64,000 bases of DNA from an uncultured Actinomycetes bacterium (GCA_903960135.1 CAJBZP010000041.1:909-64908), one strand, 5' to 3'; shown: positions 1-12,519, counted from the first letter of the stretch. Notes: generated from the sequence alone by a model not told the origin. Numbers and translations: made by a program.

Positions 1-244
1 CACCCTTGTAGGCCTTCTGATTGAAGCCCTTATCGTCAACGCCGCCAACGTCGGTTACTTCGCACGCCTTTAGTGCGGGAGCAACCGGCTCTTCACTCGC
101 AACTGCTGGAGCCTCAGCGGAAGCAGATGCAGGTGCCGGAGCCGCCGCCGAGGGCTCAGTGGTGGTGCTTGCGCTGCTGCAGCCGGCTAGGCCGAGTGCT
201 GACACGGCCAAAACGGCCGCAACAATCTTGAAATTGGTCTTCAT
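1..244 (-). CDS. BMP/PnrA-family substrate-binding lipoprotein (ABC transporter, probably nucleoside-binding); 5' part only, the gene continues beyond the window edge
   Basis: Absent from the ORF track because it runs off the window. The minus-strand translation from ATG (244..242) is MKTNFKIVAAVLAVSALGLAGCSS..., a signal peptide with an LAGC lipobox. It continues ...CEVTDVGGVDDKGFNQKAYKG, which matches the conserved N-terminal BMP-family motif. An AAGGAG RBS lies 5 nt upstream. The track ORF 21..272(+) is its antisense shadow. Confidence 0.6.
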   Translation of the reverse strand, partial: MKTNFKIVAAVLAVSALGLAGCSSASTTTEPSAAAPAPASASAEAPAVASEEPVAPALKACEVTDVGGVDDKGFNQKAYKG

Positions 245-320
245 TTATCTCCTTGTGAGATCGGATTATTAGGCCCCACCCTAGTCCCTGACCGGGGGTC
301 ATTACTAACCCGAATGCATG

Positions 321-1253
321 TTACGCAAGGTGCGATATCGCACTTAACAGCAGGGTAACGAAACGGTCACGATCAATAGTCAATCCGACCTTGGCCGTGG
401 GGGGCAACCCGGTAACCGACCAACGATCTGCCACCGTTCGGCCAATACACAAGGGGGACGTAGTCTCGATTTGCACATTCATCGCCATCGTCGATACCAA
501 GGTGGGGTCAATCAGGTGGGCAATCGTGACGGCATCGTGAATCGGCGCCCCGGGCCAGCCAAAGCGGTCCTGATGGAATTTCACGAAGTGGTCCAGGAGT
601 TCAGCCACGTACTGGCCGGCCCGCCCGGTGCCACGGAGATGATCGGCGTGGGCGTCCGATAACCACGCCTGGTGTGTTACCTCCAGGCCGATCATGGTCA
701 GGGGGATACCGGCTTCGAAAACAATTTTGGCGGCGTCAGGATCAACCCAAATATTGAACTCGGCAGCGGGAGTCCAATTTCCGAGTTCTACCGCGCCACC
801 CATGATGACGATTTCAGCGATCAGGTGGTGCGCCTCCGGCAACTGCCTGACAACATCGGCAATATTCGTCAGCGGCCCGGTGGCAACCAAAGTTATCGGT
901 TCACCGGCTTGCCGCAGCACCTCTTCGATCAACTGCAACGCGGTTAGGTGCGACTGCGAACGGCTCGGTTCAAATGCCAATGGTCCTGCCAGCCCGCTCT
1001 CACCGTGCATAACCGCCGCCGTCGATAGCTTCCGAATGAGCGGCCCGTCACGACCGGCCGCAACCGGAATGTCCGCGCGACCAAGCAGGTCAAGAACCCT
1101 GAGTGCATTGCGGGTGGTGTGTTCCAAGGTGACGTTGCCGGCAACCGTGGTAACCCCTAGGAGCTCGATTTCTGGGCTCGCGCAGGCGAGCATGATCGCG
1201 ATGGCATCGTCGTGGCCTGGATCGCAGTCCAAAACGATCTTGCGGGCCGACAT
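321..1253 (-). CDS. Inosine/uridine-preferring nucleoside hydrolase family protein
   Basis: N-terminal DCDPGHDDAIAIMLA signature (DxDxxxDD aspartate cluster of the IUNH family). The preferred start is MSARK at 1253, which overlaps the upstream stop as TAATG. The track ORF extends to 1286. Confidence 0.85.
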   Translation of the reverse strand: MSARKIVLDCDPGHDDAIAIMLACASPEIELLGVTTVAGNVTLEHTTRNALRVLDLLGRADIPVAAGRDGPLIRKLSTAAVMHGESGLAGPLAFEPSRSQSHLTALQLIEEVLRQAGEPITLVATGPLTNIADVVRQLPEAHHLIAEIVIMGGAVELGNWTPAAEFNIWVDPDAAKIVFEAGIPLTMIGLEVTHQAWLSDAHADHLRGTGRAGQYVAELLDHFVKFHQDRFGWPGAPIHDAVTIAHLIDPTLVSTMAMNVQIETTSPLCIGRTVADRWSVTGLPPTAKVGLTIDRDRFVTLLLSAISHLA

Positions 1254-2833
1254 TAGAACCGGTCGGTCGGCTCGAACAAACCCCAAACATCGCGCAGCGC
1301 ATCCGAAACCTCACCTACGGTCGCACTTGCCCTTAATGCATCGCGCATCGGGTAGAGCAGGTTAGCGTCGCCCCTGGCGGTTTCGCGGATCACCTCGAGC
1401 AGTTTGTCGACCTCGGCATTGTCGCGACCGGCCCGCAGCGCAGCCAAGCGGGCTGACTGCTCGGCCTCGATGGCAGGGTTCACCCGCAGCGGTGGGTAGT
1501 GCTCTTTGTCATCGGTTGTAAATTTGTTGAGGCCGACAACCACCCGGGTGCCATCGTCAATTTCGCGGGCGATGTCATAGGCCGAGCGCTCGATCTCTGC
1601 CTTCTGGAAGCCCTGCTCGATAGCCGCCACCGCCCCGCCCATCTCGTCAATGCGGGTGATCAATGCGGTGGCCGCCGCCTCAATGTCATCGGTCAAGGAC
1701 TCGACAACATACGAGCCGGCAAATGGGTCGACGGTTGCGCAGACATCGGTTTCATATGCGAGCACCTGCTGGGTGCGCAGTGCTAGCCGTGCGGCTTTTT
1801 CACTCGGAAGTGCAATCGCCTCATCAAATGAGTTGGTGTGCAGGGATTGGGTGCCGCCGAGGACGGCGGCTAAACCCTGCACCGCCACCCGAACCATATT
1901 CACCTCGGGCTGTTGAGCGGTCAATTGCACGCCGGCGGTTTGAGTATGAAACCGAAGCATCCACGACTTGGGATCCTTGGCCCCGAATCGCTCCCGCATG
2001 ATCTTGGCCCACATGCGCCGAGCTGCCCGAAATTTCGCTACTTCTTCCAGAATCGTCGTGCGTGAAACGAAAAAGAAGGCCAGACGCGGCGCGAAGTCAT
2101 CAACATCTTGGCCCGAAGAAACGGCGGCCTTTACGTATTCAATGCCGTCAGCGAGGGTGAAGGCAATCTCCTGGACGGGGGTGGCCCCGGCCTCTGCCAT
2201 GTGGTAGCCGGAGATCGAGATGGTGTTCCATTTCGGGATCTCAGTGCGGCAGTAAGTGAAGATGTCAGTGATCAGCCGAAGGGACTGCGCGGGCGGATAA
2301 ATATAGGTGCCGCGCGCGATGTACTCCTTGAGCACATCGTTTTGAATGGTGCCGCTTAACTGGTCGGCTGATATTCCTTGCTCTTCGGCAACTAACTGAT
2401 AGAGCAGGAGAAGTATTGCTGCCGTGGAATTAATCGTCATTGATGTCGAGACTTCGTCGAGGGCAATGCCGTTGAAGAGGATTCGCATATCGGCGAGTGA
2501 ATCAATCGCCACGCCCACCTTGCCGACTTCACCATGTGCTAGCGGGTGATCTGAGTCGTAGCCCATCTGAGTCGGAAGGTCGAAGGCCACCGATAAGCCG
2601 GTGGTACCAGCGCCTAGTAGTTGTCGATAGCGCTCATTTGATTCAATGGCGGTACCAAATCCCGCGTACTGACGCATCGTCCAGGGCCGCCCGGTGTACA
2701 TCGACGCGTACACGCCGCGGGTATACGGGTACTCCCCCGGCGTGCCAAGTTGCCGCGATTCGTCCCAATCAACAAGCGCCTCCGGACCGTAGACCGGGCG
2801 CAGGGGCAGACCAGACTCGGTTGCACCGTTCAC
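1253..2833 (-). CDS. Methylmalonyl-CoA mutase family, catalytic (TIM-barrel) large subunit without a fused B12 domain
   Basis: 526 aa with the motifs [59 protein letters not shown] and FHTQTAG. Tyr and Arg at the substrate-carboxylate positions indicate an MCM-type enzyme. There is no C-terminal DxHxxG domain, so this is a split enzyme. Confidence 0.85.
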   Translation of the reverse strand: MNGATESGLPLRPVYGPEALVDWDESRQLGTPGEYPYTRGVYASMYTGRPWTMRQYAGFGTAIESNERYRQLLGAGTTGLSVAFDLPTQMGYDSDHPLAHGEVGKVGVAIDSLADMRILFNGIALDEVSTSMTINSTAAILLLLYQLVAEEQGISADQLSGTIQNDVLKEYIARGTYIYPPAQSLRLITDIFTYCRTEIPKWNTISISGYHMAEAGATPVQEIAFTLADGIEYVKAAVSSGQDVDDFAPRLAFFFVSRTTILEEVAKFRAARRMWAKIMRERFGAKDPKSWMLRFHTQTAGVQLTAQQPEVNMVRVAVQGLAAVLGGTQSLHTNSFDEAIALPSEKAARLALRTQQVLAYETDVCATVDPFAGSYVVESLTDDIEAAATALITRIDEMGGAVAAIEQGFQKAEIERSAYDIAREIDDGTRVVVGLNKFTTDDKEHYPPLRVNPAIEAEQSARLAALRAGRDNAEVDKLLEVIRETARGDANLLYPMRDALRASATVGEVSDALRDVWGLFEPTDRF

Positions 2834-2843
2834 TTAACTAATC

Positions 2844-3596
2844 CTAGTCGCGTCGCACACCGATCTTGCGCCCCAGCCAAGTGAGGGGGTCGTACTTGAC
2901 ATCGACCACCCGCTCCTTGAGCGGAATCAAGGCGTTGTCGGTGATCTTGATGTGCTCTGGGCAGACTTCGGTGCAGCACTTGGTGATATTGCAATACCCC
3001 AAGCCCAGGACTTCCTGGGCCTCATGCTTTCGATCGACGACATCGAGTGGGTGCATATCAAGCTCGGCGACCCGCATCAAGACGCGCGGGCCGGCGAAAT
3101 TAGTCATATTGTCTTCATGGTCGCGGATGGCGTGGCAGGTGTTCTGGCACAGGAAGCATTCAATGCATTTGCGGAACTCCTGGCTGCGCGATACATCCTC
3201 CTGCTGCATTCGGTACTCGCCGGGCTTTAGGCCGGCCGGCGGCGCAAAAGCCGGGACCTGGCGAGCCTTCTCGTAGTTGAAGGAGACATCGGTTACCAAA
3301 TCGCGAATGGTCGGAAAGGTGCGAAGCGGCGTGACGGTTATGACCTCGTTGTCCTCGAAGGTGTTCATCCGAGTCATGCACAGCAGCCTTGGCCGACCAT
3401 TTACCTCGGCACTACAGGAGCCGCACTTACCGGCTTTGCAATTCCAGCGCACGGCGAGATCTGATGCCTGGGTTGCTTGAATTCGGTGGATTACATCGAG
3501 GACGACTTCACCGTCATTGACCTCTACCGTGTAATCCTGCAGAGCGCCTTCACCGGCTTCGCCTCGCCATACGCGGAATTCGGCTGTGTGTGCCAT
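2844..3596 (-). CDS. sdhB: Succinate dehydrogenase / fumarate reductase iron-sulfur subunit
   Basis: 250 aa. It has Cys clusters CKAGKCGSCSAEVNG (2Fe-2S), CIECFLCQNTC and CNITKCCTEVCP (4Fe-4S/3Fe-4S), and lies immediately downstream of the flavoprotein subunit. Confidence 0.9.
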   Translation of the reverse strand: MAHTAEFRVWRGEAGEGALQDYTVEVNDGEVVLDVIHRIQATQASDLAVRWNCKAGKCGSCSAEVNGRPRLLCMTRMNTFEDNEVITVTPLRTFPTIRDLVTDVSFNYEKARQVPAFAPPAGLKPGEYRMQQEDVSRSQEFRKCIECFLCQNTCHAIRDHEDNMTNFAGPRVLMRVAELDMHPLDVVDRKHEAQEVLGLGYCNITKCCTEVCPEHIKITDNALIPLKERVVDVKYDPLTWLGRKIGVRRD

Positions 3597-3598
3597 CG

Positions 3599-5518
3599 CT
3601 ATGCCACCTCTCCGGGGATTCGGCGAATTTCCGCCTCGGTCATGTACTTGCGGAGCTCTGAGACGTCAAATAGCGTGACAAGTTCATCGCGCATCCAAGG
3701 CAGATCCTGCTGGACAACTTCGACGTCCTTGCCCGCTAGGCGGCAGGCAATGATTATCGATCTCCAGTTCGGCTCCATTGACGGGAAGTCGTCACGAGTG
3801 TGGCCGCCTCTGGACTCCTCGCGCATCAGAGCCGACTTGGCGATGCACTCTGACACGACGAGCATGTTCTGCAGATCAAGTGCCAGATGCCAGCCGGGGT
3901 TATAGGCCCTGCCACCGGGGACGCTCAAAGTTGCCGCGCGCGCCTTCAGCGCCACCAATCGGTCCAGGGCCGACTTCATCTCGTCGGCCGTGCGAATGAT
4001 GCCAACCAGGTCATTCATCAGTTGCTGCAGATCCTGCTGGATCGTGTAAGGGTTCTCGCCCCCGTCGTGACTAAAGGGCGCCAATGCTGCCGCCACCGCC
4101 GCGTCGACGTCAACCTGACTCACCGCCGGGCGCCCGCCTGCCGCATCGAGATCAGCCAGGTAGGCAACTGCACCGAGGCCGGCGCGCCGCCCGAAAACCA
4201 GCAGGTCAGAAAGGGAGTTACCGCCCAGACGATTCGATCCGTGCAGGCCGCCGGCGGCCTCCCCGGCCGAGAAGAGACCCTGCACCCCAACCGCAGCGGC
4301 CGTATCGGGCTCAACTTCGACCCCGCCCATTACGTAGTGGCAGGTCGGGCCGACCTCCATCGCCTCCATGGTGATGTCGACGTCGGCGAGTTCCTTGAAC
4401 TGGTGCCACATGGACGGTAACTTCGCTTTGATGGTCGCCGCCGGCAGCCGCTTGGACACGTCGAGGAAGACACCCCCGTGCGGGGATCCCCGGCCTGCCT
4501 TAACCTCCGTGTTTATCGCCCGGGCCACCTCATCGCGCGGCAACAACTCCGGTGGGCGCTTGTTGTTATCCGGATCGGTGTACCACCGATCGGCTTCCTC
4601 CTCGGTCTTTGCGTACTGCTTCTCGAATACCGGCGGGATGTAGTCGAACATGAAGCGTCGGCCTTCAGAGTTGGTCAGGATGCCACCATCACCGCGGACG
4701 GATTCGGTCACCAAAATGCCCTTGACGCTCAGTGGCCACACCATGCCGGTTGGGTGAAACTGGACGAACTCCATATTGATGAGTGAGCCACCAGCCCGCA
4801 TAGCCAGTGCATGGCCATCACCGGTGTACTCCCATGAGTTGCTGGAGACCTTGAAGGATTTGCCAATGCCGCCGGTGGCGATTACGACTGCCGCAGTCTC
4901 GAAGAGCACGAATTGCCCGGACTCCCGCCAGTAGCCGAAGGCACCGGCGACCCGTCGATTGGCACCTTCACCGGTGATGAGAATGTCGGTGATGGTGCAC
5001 TCGGCGAACACCTTGATACGCGACTCATAGTCACCGCTGAGTTTCATATCCTGTTGCTGCAGTTGGACAACTTTCTGCTGCAGCGTGCGAATTAACTCCA
5101 GTCCGGTGCGGTCGCCTACGTGCGCCAACCGCGGGTACTCGTGCCCACCGAAATTTCGCTGACTGATCTTGCCATCTGCGGTGCGATCAAAAAGTGCGCC
5201 CCACTCCTCGAGTTCCCAGACCCGATCGGGCGCCTCTTTGGCATGTAGTTCAGCCATCCGGTAATCATTCAAATACTTGCCACCGCGCATCGTGTCGCGG
5301 TAATGCACCTGCCAATTGTCTTTACTGTTCACATTGCCCATCGATGCGGCGATACCACCTTCAGCCATCACGGTATGGGCTTTGCCGAAGAGGGACTTAC
5401 TGATGATCGCGGTGGTCTTGCCGAGTTCACGTGACTCAATAGCTGCCCGTAATCCCGCCCCACCGGCGCCGATGACGACGACGTCGTACTTGTAGTGCTC
5501 GATGTCTGCCATGAACAA
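3599..5518 (-). CDS. sdhA: Succinate dehydrogenase / fumarate reductase flavoprotein subunit
   Basis: 639 aa with YDVVVIGAGGAGLRAA (FAD fold), AHTVMAEGG (covalent-FAD His context), HPTG and RGGHTR motifs. The start is ambiguous: TTG at 5518 or ATG at 5512. Confidence 0.9.
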   Translation of the reverse strand: MFMADIEHYKYDVVVIGAGGAGLRAAIESRELGKTTAIISKSLFGKAHTVMAEGGIAASMGNVNSKDNWQVHYRDTMRGGKYLNDYRMAELHAKEAPDRVWELEEWGALFDRTADGKISQRNFGGHEYPRLAHVGDRTGLELIRTLQQKVVQLQQQDMKLSGDYESRIKVFAECTITDILITGEGANRRVAGAFGYWRESGQFVLFETAAVVIATGGIGKSFKVSSNSWEYTGDGHALAMRAGGSLINMEFVQFHPTGMVWPLSVKGILVTESVRGDGGILTNSEGRRFMFDYIPPVFEKQYAKTEEEADRWYTDPDNNKRPPELLPRDEVARAINTEVKAGRGSPHGGVFLDVSKRLPAATIKAKLPSMWHQFKELADVDITMEAMEVGPTCHYVMGGVEVEPDTAAAVGVQGLFSAGEAAGGLHGSNRLGGNSLSDLLVFGRRAGLGAVAYLADLDAAGGRPAVSQVDVDAAVAAALAPFSHDGGENPYTIQQDLQQLMNDLVGIIRTADEMKSALDRLVALKARAATLSVPGGRAYNPGWHLALDLQNMLVVSECIAKSALMREESRGGHTRDDFPSMEPNWRSIIIACRLAGKDVEVVQQDLPWMRDELVTLFDVSELRKYMTEAEIRRIPGEVA

Positions 5519-5533
5519 ATTGCCCTTCGCGGC

Positions 5534-6346
5534 CTAGAAGAAGTAGAAGTTGGTGATAGCGCCGGTTGCGACCTCGCGGACGTATAGATCAGTTAGTGCA
5601 ACGCCGATCAAGGAGATCCATGCGAACCGCGGATGGTGCGCATTTAACTTTGAGACATATGTCCAGAACTTGTAGCGCACCGGATGAGCTGAAAAGTTCT
5701 TCAAGCGTCCGCCCATGATGTGCCGGCAGGTGTGGCACGACATCGAGTAGAGCCACAGGAATGTTGCGTTCGCAGCCAGCACCAAAGTGCCAACACTTAA
5801 GTGGCCCCATTCCCCCTCGCCATTACGCAGGGCCAGTAGGACGTCGTAGGTCAAGATGACATTGAAGATCAAGCCGGCGAAGAAGAAGTACCGGTGGCTG
5901 TTCTGCAAAATCAACGGGGCGCGGGTTTCACCGGTGTACTTCTTGTGGGGCTCGGCCACCGAACAGGCCGGCGGCGACAGCCAGAACGACCGATAGTAGG
6001 CCTTGCGGTAGTAGTAGCAGGTCATGCGAAAACCCAGCGGGAAGATCAAAATCAGCAAGGCCGGCGACAAAATCCACCAAGAGCCAAATGGAGTCCAGCT
6101 ACTTGACCCCGAAACACATGAGGTGGCTAGGCACGGGGAGTAAAACGGTGAGATCAGGGGCTCGGAGAAGTAGTAAGCGTTCTCAAACGCCCGCCACGTC
6201 GAGTAGACGATGAACGCCAAGAGCGCGGCGACCACGATTGCCGGTTGCAGCCACCAGCGGTCAGTACGAAGGGTCCGGGCCTTGATATCTGCCCGTTTTT
6301 CCCCTGGGACGCCACCAGTTTGCGGCGCGGTCGTGACCCCGCTCAT
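5534..6346 (-). CDS. sdhC: Single membrane-anchor subunit of a three-subunit (mycobacterial Sdh1-type) succinate dehydrogenase
   Basis: 270-aa polytopic membrane protein directly upstream of sdhA/sdhB. Its size and position match the Rv0249c-type anchor. It contains a CHTCRH motif (nt 5720..5737) and other conserved Cys/His residues. Confidence 0.65.
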   Translation of the reverse strand: MSGVTTAPQTGGVPGEKRADIKARTLRTDRWWLQPAIVVAALLAFIVYSTWRAFENAYYFSEPLISPFYSPCLATSCVSGSSSWTPFGSWWILSPALLILIFPLGFRMTCYYYRKAYYRSFWLSPPACSVAEPHKKYTGETRAPLILQNSHRYFFFAGLIFNVILTYDVLLALRNGEGEWGHLSVGTLVLAANATFLWLYSMSCHTCRHIMGGRLKNFSAHPVRYKFWTYVSKLNAHHPRFAWISLIGVALTDLYVREVATGAITNFYFF

Positions 6347-6468
6347 AGCGGAACCCCTCTCGACGGTGTGTGGCTCGAAATCTAGCGGTTTGACCGCGGT
6401 GGCGCAGCCTGCCGGTATAGGAGGTTCGTCACAGCTTTTTCACCCCCACGACGTACCCTAGGTGGACT

Positions 6469-7446
6469 ATGCGCCAAATCGACCGGTCGGCCGGAGTGCC
6501 CGACCGCTTACCAGCAAAGTATTTGGCGGCCGCCCTCGTCCTTTGTTTTAGTGTCTTGGCGGTTTTCGGCGCCCGGCCAGCGGCCGCGGACCCGCCCGTT
6601 GGGTACACGAGCATCGGCGGCGAGCAACTCATGGCACCGGGGCGCCAGGTCAACCTCGGGCCGGGCGCCAAGCCGCTGCCAGATATCAGGGCCACCTCCT
6701 GGGTACTTGCCGATGCCAACACCGGTGAGATTTTGGCCGCCAAGTCGGCCCACCTGCAGCGTGCGCCAGCAAGTACCTTAAAAACCTTGACTGCCTTGAC
6801 CGTGTTACCGCAGGTGAGCCTGGACCAGTTGTATGTGGCCACCACCGGTGATGCCAACACCTATGGCTCCCGGGTTGGGCTGATAGCCGGGAAGACTTAC
6901 ACCATCGGCGACCTGCTCCATGGCTTAATGCTGCCAAGTGGCAATGACGCCGCATTGGCCTTGGCCAGGGCGAATGGCTCGGTACCAAGGACAGTTGCCC
7001 AAATGAATGAATTGGCCACCCGACTGCAGGCACTAGACACCGTGGCCATGAACCCCAGCGGGCTTGATGCCCCGGGGCAATTGTCCAGCGCGTATGACCT
7101 CGCCCTGTTCGGGCGGGCAACCTTGGCATTGCCGGAGATTGTCGACATTGCGAGTACCGAGCGCTATGAATTCCCGTGGCGAGGGCAGCGCACCCGAACC
7201 ATCTACAACGAAAACCGGCTGCTATTAAGTGACTACCCCGGGGTCATCGGCCTCAAGACCGGTTACACCACCAATGCCGGCCGCACCTTCATCGGCATGG
7301 CGCGGCGTGGGGATCGCACCCTCGTGGTCGCGCTCATGGGAATCCACGAGGCAAGTGCCGACGCAGCGCGCAAGGCGCTGACCTGGGGCTTTAAAAACCA
7401 GGAGTTTGTCACTCCCGTCGGCGTTTTGGTCGATCCGCTCGCTTAG
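6469..7446 (+). CDS. D-alanyl-D-alanine carboxypeptidase (serine-type, PBP5/DacB-like)
   Basis: Signal peptide (LAAALVLCFSVLAVFGARPAAA), an SxxK motif (ASTLKTLTAL), an SxN motif (PSGNDAA) and KTGYT (KTG box). Confidence 0.8.
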   Translation: MRQIDRSAGVPDRLPAKYLAAALVLCFSVLAVFGARPAAADPPVGYTSIGGEQLMAPGRQVNLGPGAKPLPDIRATSWVLADANTGEILAAKSAHLQRAPASTLKTLTALTVLPQVSLDQLYVATTGDANTYGSRVGLIAGKTYTIGDLLHGLMLPSGNDAALALARANGSVPRTVAQMNELATRLQALDTVAMNPSGLDAPGQLSSAYDLALFGRATLALPEIVDIASTERYEFPWRGQRTRTIYNENRLLLSDYPGVIGLKTGYTTNAGRTFIGMARRGDRTLVVALMGIHEASADAARKALTWGFKNQEFVTPVGVLVDPLA

Positions 7447-7455
7447 ATCACCGAA

Positions 7456-9803
<2,348 letters not shown>

Positions 9804-9830
9804 GGCATGAGACTACGGAAGAACCATCGA

Positions 9831-11048
9831 TCAGGCACGTACCGCCCGCTGCAAGTTCATGTCAACCTCAGCCAAGAAGTCCTGGGTGGTCTGCCATGGC
9901 TGCTCCGGGCCCACCAGCATCGCCAGATCCTTGGTCATTTTGCCGGACTCCACGGTCTGGACGCAGACCCGTTCCAGGGTCTGCGCAAAGTCCGTGACCG
10001 CCGGGGTGCCGTCCAATTTACCTCGGTGCGCGAGGCCCTGGGTCCAGGCGAAAATCGAGGCAATCGGATTAGTCGAGGTTGGCCTGCCTTTTTGATGCTC
10101 GCGATAGTGCCGGGTGACGGTCCCGTGCGCCGCCTCTGCTTCGACGGTCTTGCCGTCCGGAGTCATCAGCACCGAGGTCATTAGCCCGAGTGAGCCATAG
10201 CCTTGGGCCAGGGTGTCGGACTGCACATCGCCGTCATAATTCTTACACGCCCAGACATAGCCACCCTCCCACTTCATTGCGGCAGCAACCATGTCGTCGA
10301 TGAGTCGGTGCTCATAGGTGATACCAGCTGCATCGAATTCGGATTTGAACTCGGTCGCGAATACGTCCGCGAAGATATCCTTGAACTGGCCGTCATACGC
10401 CTTCAAGATGGTGTTCTTGGTCGACAGGTAAACCGGGTAATTACGGTTTAGCCCGTACCGCAGCGAGGCTCGGGCGAAATCGCGGATGCTTTCGTCTAAG
10501 TTGTACATGCCCATCGCTACGCCCGCACCGGGGAAGTCAAAGACATTGAACTCCATCGGCGCAGACCCATCAGCCGGGGTAAATGTCATCGTCAATGAAC
10601 CAGCGGCTGGCACCTTGAAGTCCGTCGCCTTGTACTGGTCACCGAAGGCATGACGACCGATTATCACCGGCTTCGTCCAACCGGGCACCAGCCTTGGGAT
10701 ATTCGAGATGATGATCGGCTCGCGGAAGATAACACCGCCGAGAATATTTCGGATCGTGCCGTTCGGGGATTTCCACATCTTCTTCAGGCCAAACTCTTCG
10801 ACCCGCGCCTCATCCGGAGTGATAGTCGCGCACTTGACCCCGACTCCGTACTTTTGAATGGCATGCGCTGAATCGATCGTGACTTGATCATCGGTTGCAT
10901 CGCGGTATTCCATGCCGAGGTCGTAGTACTTCAGGTCCACATCTAGGTACTTCAAGATCAATTCGTCCTTGATGAACTGCCAAATGATGCGAGTCATCTC
11001 ATCACCATCGAGTTCGACAACCGGATTGACTACCTTGATTTTGCTCAT
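9831..11048 (-). CDS. icd: NADP-dependent isocitrate dehydrogenase (homodimeric, eukaryote-like subfamily)
   Basis: Starts [23 protein letters not shown] and contains [23 protein letters not shown] and NYDGDVQSD. The start was moved to the ATG at 11048, so the track ORF 5' extension is rejected. Confidence 0.9.
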   Translation of the reverse strand: MSKIKVVNPVVELDGDEMTRIIWQFIKDELILKYLDVDLKYYDLGMEYRDATDDQVTIDSAHAIQKYGVGVKCATITPDEARVEEFGLKKMWKSPNGTIRNILGGVIFREPIIISNIPRLVPGWTKPVIIGRHAFGDQYKATDFKVPAAGSLTMTFTPADGSAPMEFNVFDFPGAGVAMGMYNLDESIRDFARASLRYGLNRNYPVYLSTKNTILKAYDGQFKDIFADVFATEFKSEFDAAGITYEHRLIDDMVAAAMKWEGGYVWACKNYDGDVQSDTLAQGYGSLGLMTSVLMTPDGKTVEAEAAHGTVTRHYREHQKGRPTSTNPIASIFAWTQGLAHRGKLDGTPAVTDFAQTLERVCVQTVESGKMTKDLAMLVGPEQPWQTTQDFLAEVDMNLQRAVRA

Positions 11049-11103
11049 CGTGTTACTCCTAGATAGGTGCCCAAGTTGTTGGTCAAAAACTGGTGAAGTT
11101 CTC

Positions 11104-12060
11104 TTAGAGATCCTTAACGTCGGCTTGCTTGGCCTTGACGGCTTCATACGCTTCGACCAAAAGTGCCTTCTCGCTATCGGTTAATGGTGTTTCGACCACG
11201 CGGCGAATCCCCGCACGGCCAAGCTCGGCTTCGACGCCTAGGTAGGCACCGGATAGCCCGTACTCACCGTCAACCCATGCACAAACCGGCATGACGACAC
11301 CGGAGTCCTCGTGCACGGCCCTCGCCATGCGCGCGGCGGCGGCCGATGGGGCGTAATAAGCGGATCCGGTCTTGAGCAGCGCGACGATTTCGGCGCCGCC
11401 ATTGCGGGTACGGGTAACAAGATCGTCGATCTCATCTGCAGACAGCAACTCGGTCAGCGGCTTGCCAGCCACCGAGCAAACCGAGGCAACCGGCACCATG
11501 GTGTCACCGTGCGAGCCCAAGGTGAGCGTCTTCACCGAGGCAACCGGGACACCAAGTTTTTCGGCAACGAAGTTCGTGAACCGGGCGGTGTCAAGCATGC
11601 CCGCTTGCCCGATAACCCTGTTGTAAGGGAAGCCGGTGACCAATTGGGCCAGCGCGGTCATCTCATCGAGTGGATTAGCCACATTGATGACGACTGCGCC
11701 GGGCGCGTGCTTGGCAATGTTCTCGGCCACACTTCGCATGATCTTCGCGTTCGTCTCGATGAGATCCATGCGGCTCATCCCCGGCTTGCGCGGTAGGCCG
11801 GCGGTAATGATGACGATTTCAGAGCCGGCAATCGCCTCGTAGCCTTCACCATTTGGCCCGGTGGACTGGCCAACCAGTTTGGTCTCGAAGCCTTCGATCC
11901 AACGTGATTGGTTCATGTCGATCGCCAAGCCCTCTGGCTTGCCTTCGATGACATCGGTCAGGACGACCTCTTCGAAGATGTCGTATTCAGCCAACCGTAG
12001 TGCGGTGGTTGACCCGTAGAACCCTGCACCGATTACCGAAACTTTTCCGCTGCGAGACAT
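11104..12060 (-). CDS. mdh: Malate dehydrogenase (LDH-like MDH family)
   Basis: [15 protein letters not shown] (Rossmann fold), [16 protein letters not shown] and GSHGDTMVP motifs. The ATG at 12060 is preceded by AAGGAG. Confidence 0.9.
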   Translation of the reverse strand: MSRSGKVSVIGAGFYGSTTALRLAEYDIFEEVVLTDVIEGKPEGLAIDMNQSRWIEGFETKLVGQSTGPNGEGYEAIAGSEIVIITAGLPRKPGMSRMDLIETNAKIMRSVAENIAKHAPGAVVINVANPLDEMTALAQLVTGFPYNRVIGQAGMLDTARFTNFVAEKLGVPVASVKTLTLGSHGDTMVPVASVCSVAGKPLTELLSADEIDDLVTRTRNGGAEIVALLKTGSAYYAPSAAAARMARAVHEDSGVVMPVCAWVDGEYGLSGAYLGVEAELGRAGIRRVVETPLTDSEKALLVEAYEAVKAKQADVKDL

Positions 12061-12117
12061 AGTCGCCCTGCTCCTTAGAAGAAAGTGGCCCACATCGCCT
12101 TTGAGGTTTAGGCGATT

Positions 12118-12133
12118 ATCTTGACGTCAAGAT
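12118..12133. promoter_or_regulatory. Perfect 16-bp palindrome upstream of mdh (candidate operator)
   Basis: ATCTTGACGTCAAGAT is identical to its own reverse complement. It lies 58-73 nt upstream of the mdh ATG and 56 nt downstream of the DUF3017 gene stop. No adjacent T-run was seen. Confidence 0.45.
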
Positions 12134-12188
12134 ACCCCACCCGCGGTCACGATGACGTCTTGACCTCGGCGCTCCCAAAGTCCGCAAA

Positions 12189-12515
12189 TCAATTGGGCGC
12201 CGGCACCCAAAAACAGAAGATGGCCAGCCCAAGCCCGAGGGCACCCAGCACCAAAACATCGGTCCTCTTGGATCGCACTACCAGCCACCCGGCCTCATCA
12301 TCAGTTAGTAGCAAGCGCAAAAATGTGGCGAGCACCACACTTGCCGCCAGTACCACCGAACCCCGTCGAAAATGGTCGGTCGCAACCAAGATCAAAGCCA
12401 CCGCAACACCTAGCAGCACCACCGATATCGGCCACTGCCGAAAGCTAAGCCGTCGACGCTTTTGCGGCAGCCGCCGCACCACCCCGCCACCGGAGCTACC
12501 AGCCGTCATTTGCAC
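12189..12515 (-). CDS. Small membrane protein (DUF3017-like), downstream of folD as in other actinobacteria
   Basis: 108 aa with two predicted TM helices. It lies 5 nt after the folD stop, and the position is conserved next to folD in mycobacteria. No catalytic motif was seen. Confidence 0.5.
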   Translation of the reverse strand: MQMTAGSSGGGVVRRLPQKRRRLSFRQWPISVVLLGVAVALILVATDHFRRGSVVLAASVVLATFLRLLLTDDEAGWLVVRSKRTDVLVLGALGLGLAIFCFWVPAPN

Positions 12516-12519
12516 ACCG

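Noticed and set aside
21-272. Track ORF of 83 aa on the plus strand at the window start
   Set aside because: It is Ala/Ser/Thr-rich and low in complexity, with no RBS. It lies exactly antisense to a much better minus-strand reading: a lipoprotein signal peptide, a lipobox and a BMP-family motif, preceded by a strong RBS. It is a shadow ORF typical of high-GC DNA.
9831-11147. N-terminal extensions of track ORFs (icd to 11147, mdh to 12093, thiolase from 28360, SDR from 33555, glycerate kinase to 36078, M23 from 35892, coxS from 44027, mutase 2 to 24395)
   Set aside because: Family-typical N-termini begin at internal ATG/GTG codons that carry better RBSs or overlap the stop of the upstream gene. 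The extensions would also overlap neighbouring genes or promoters.
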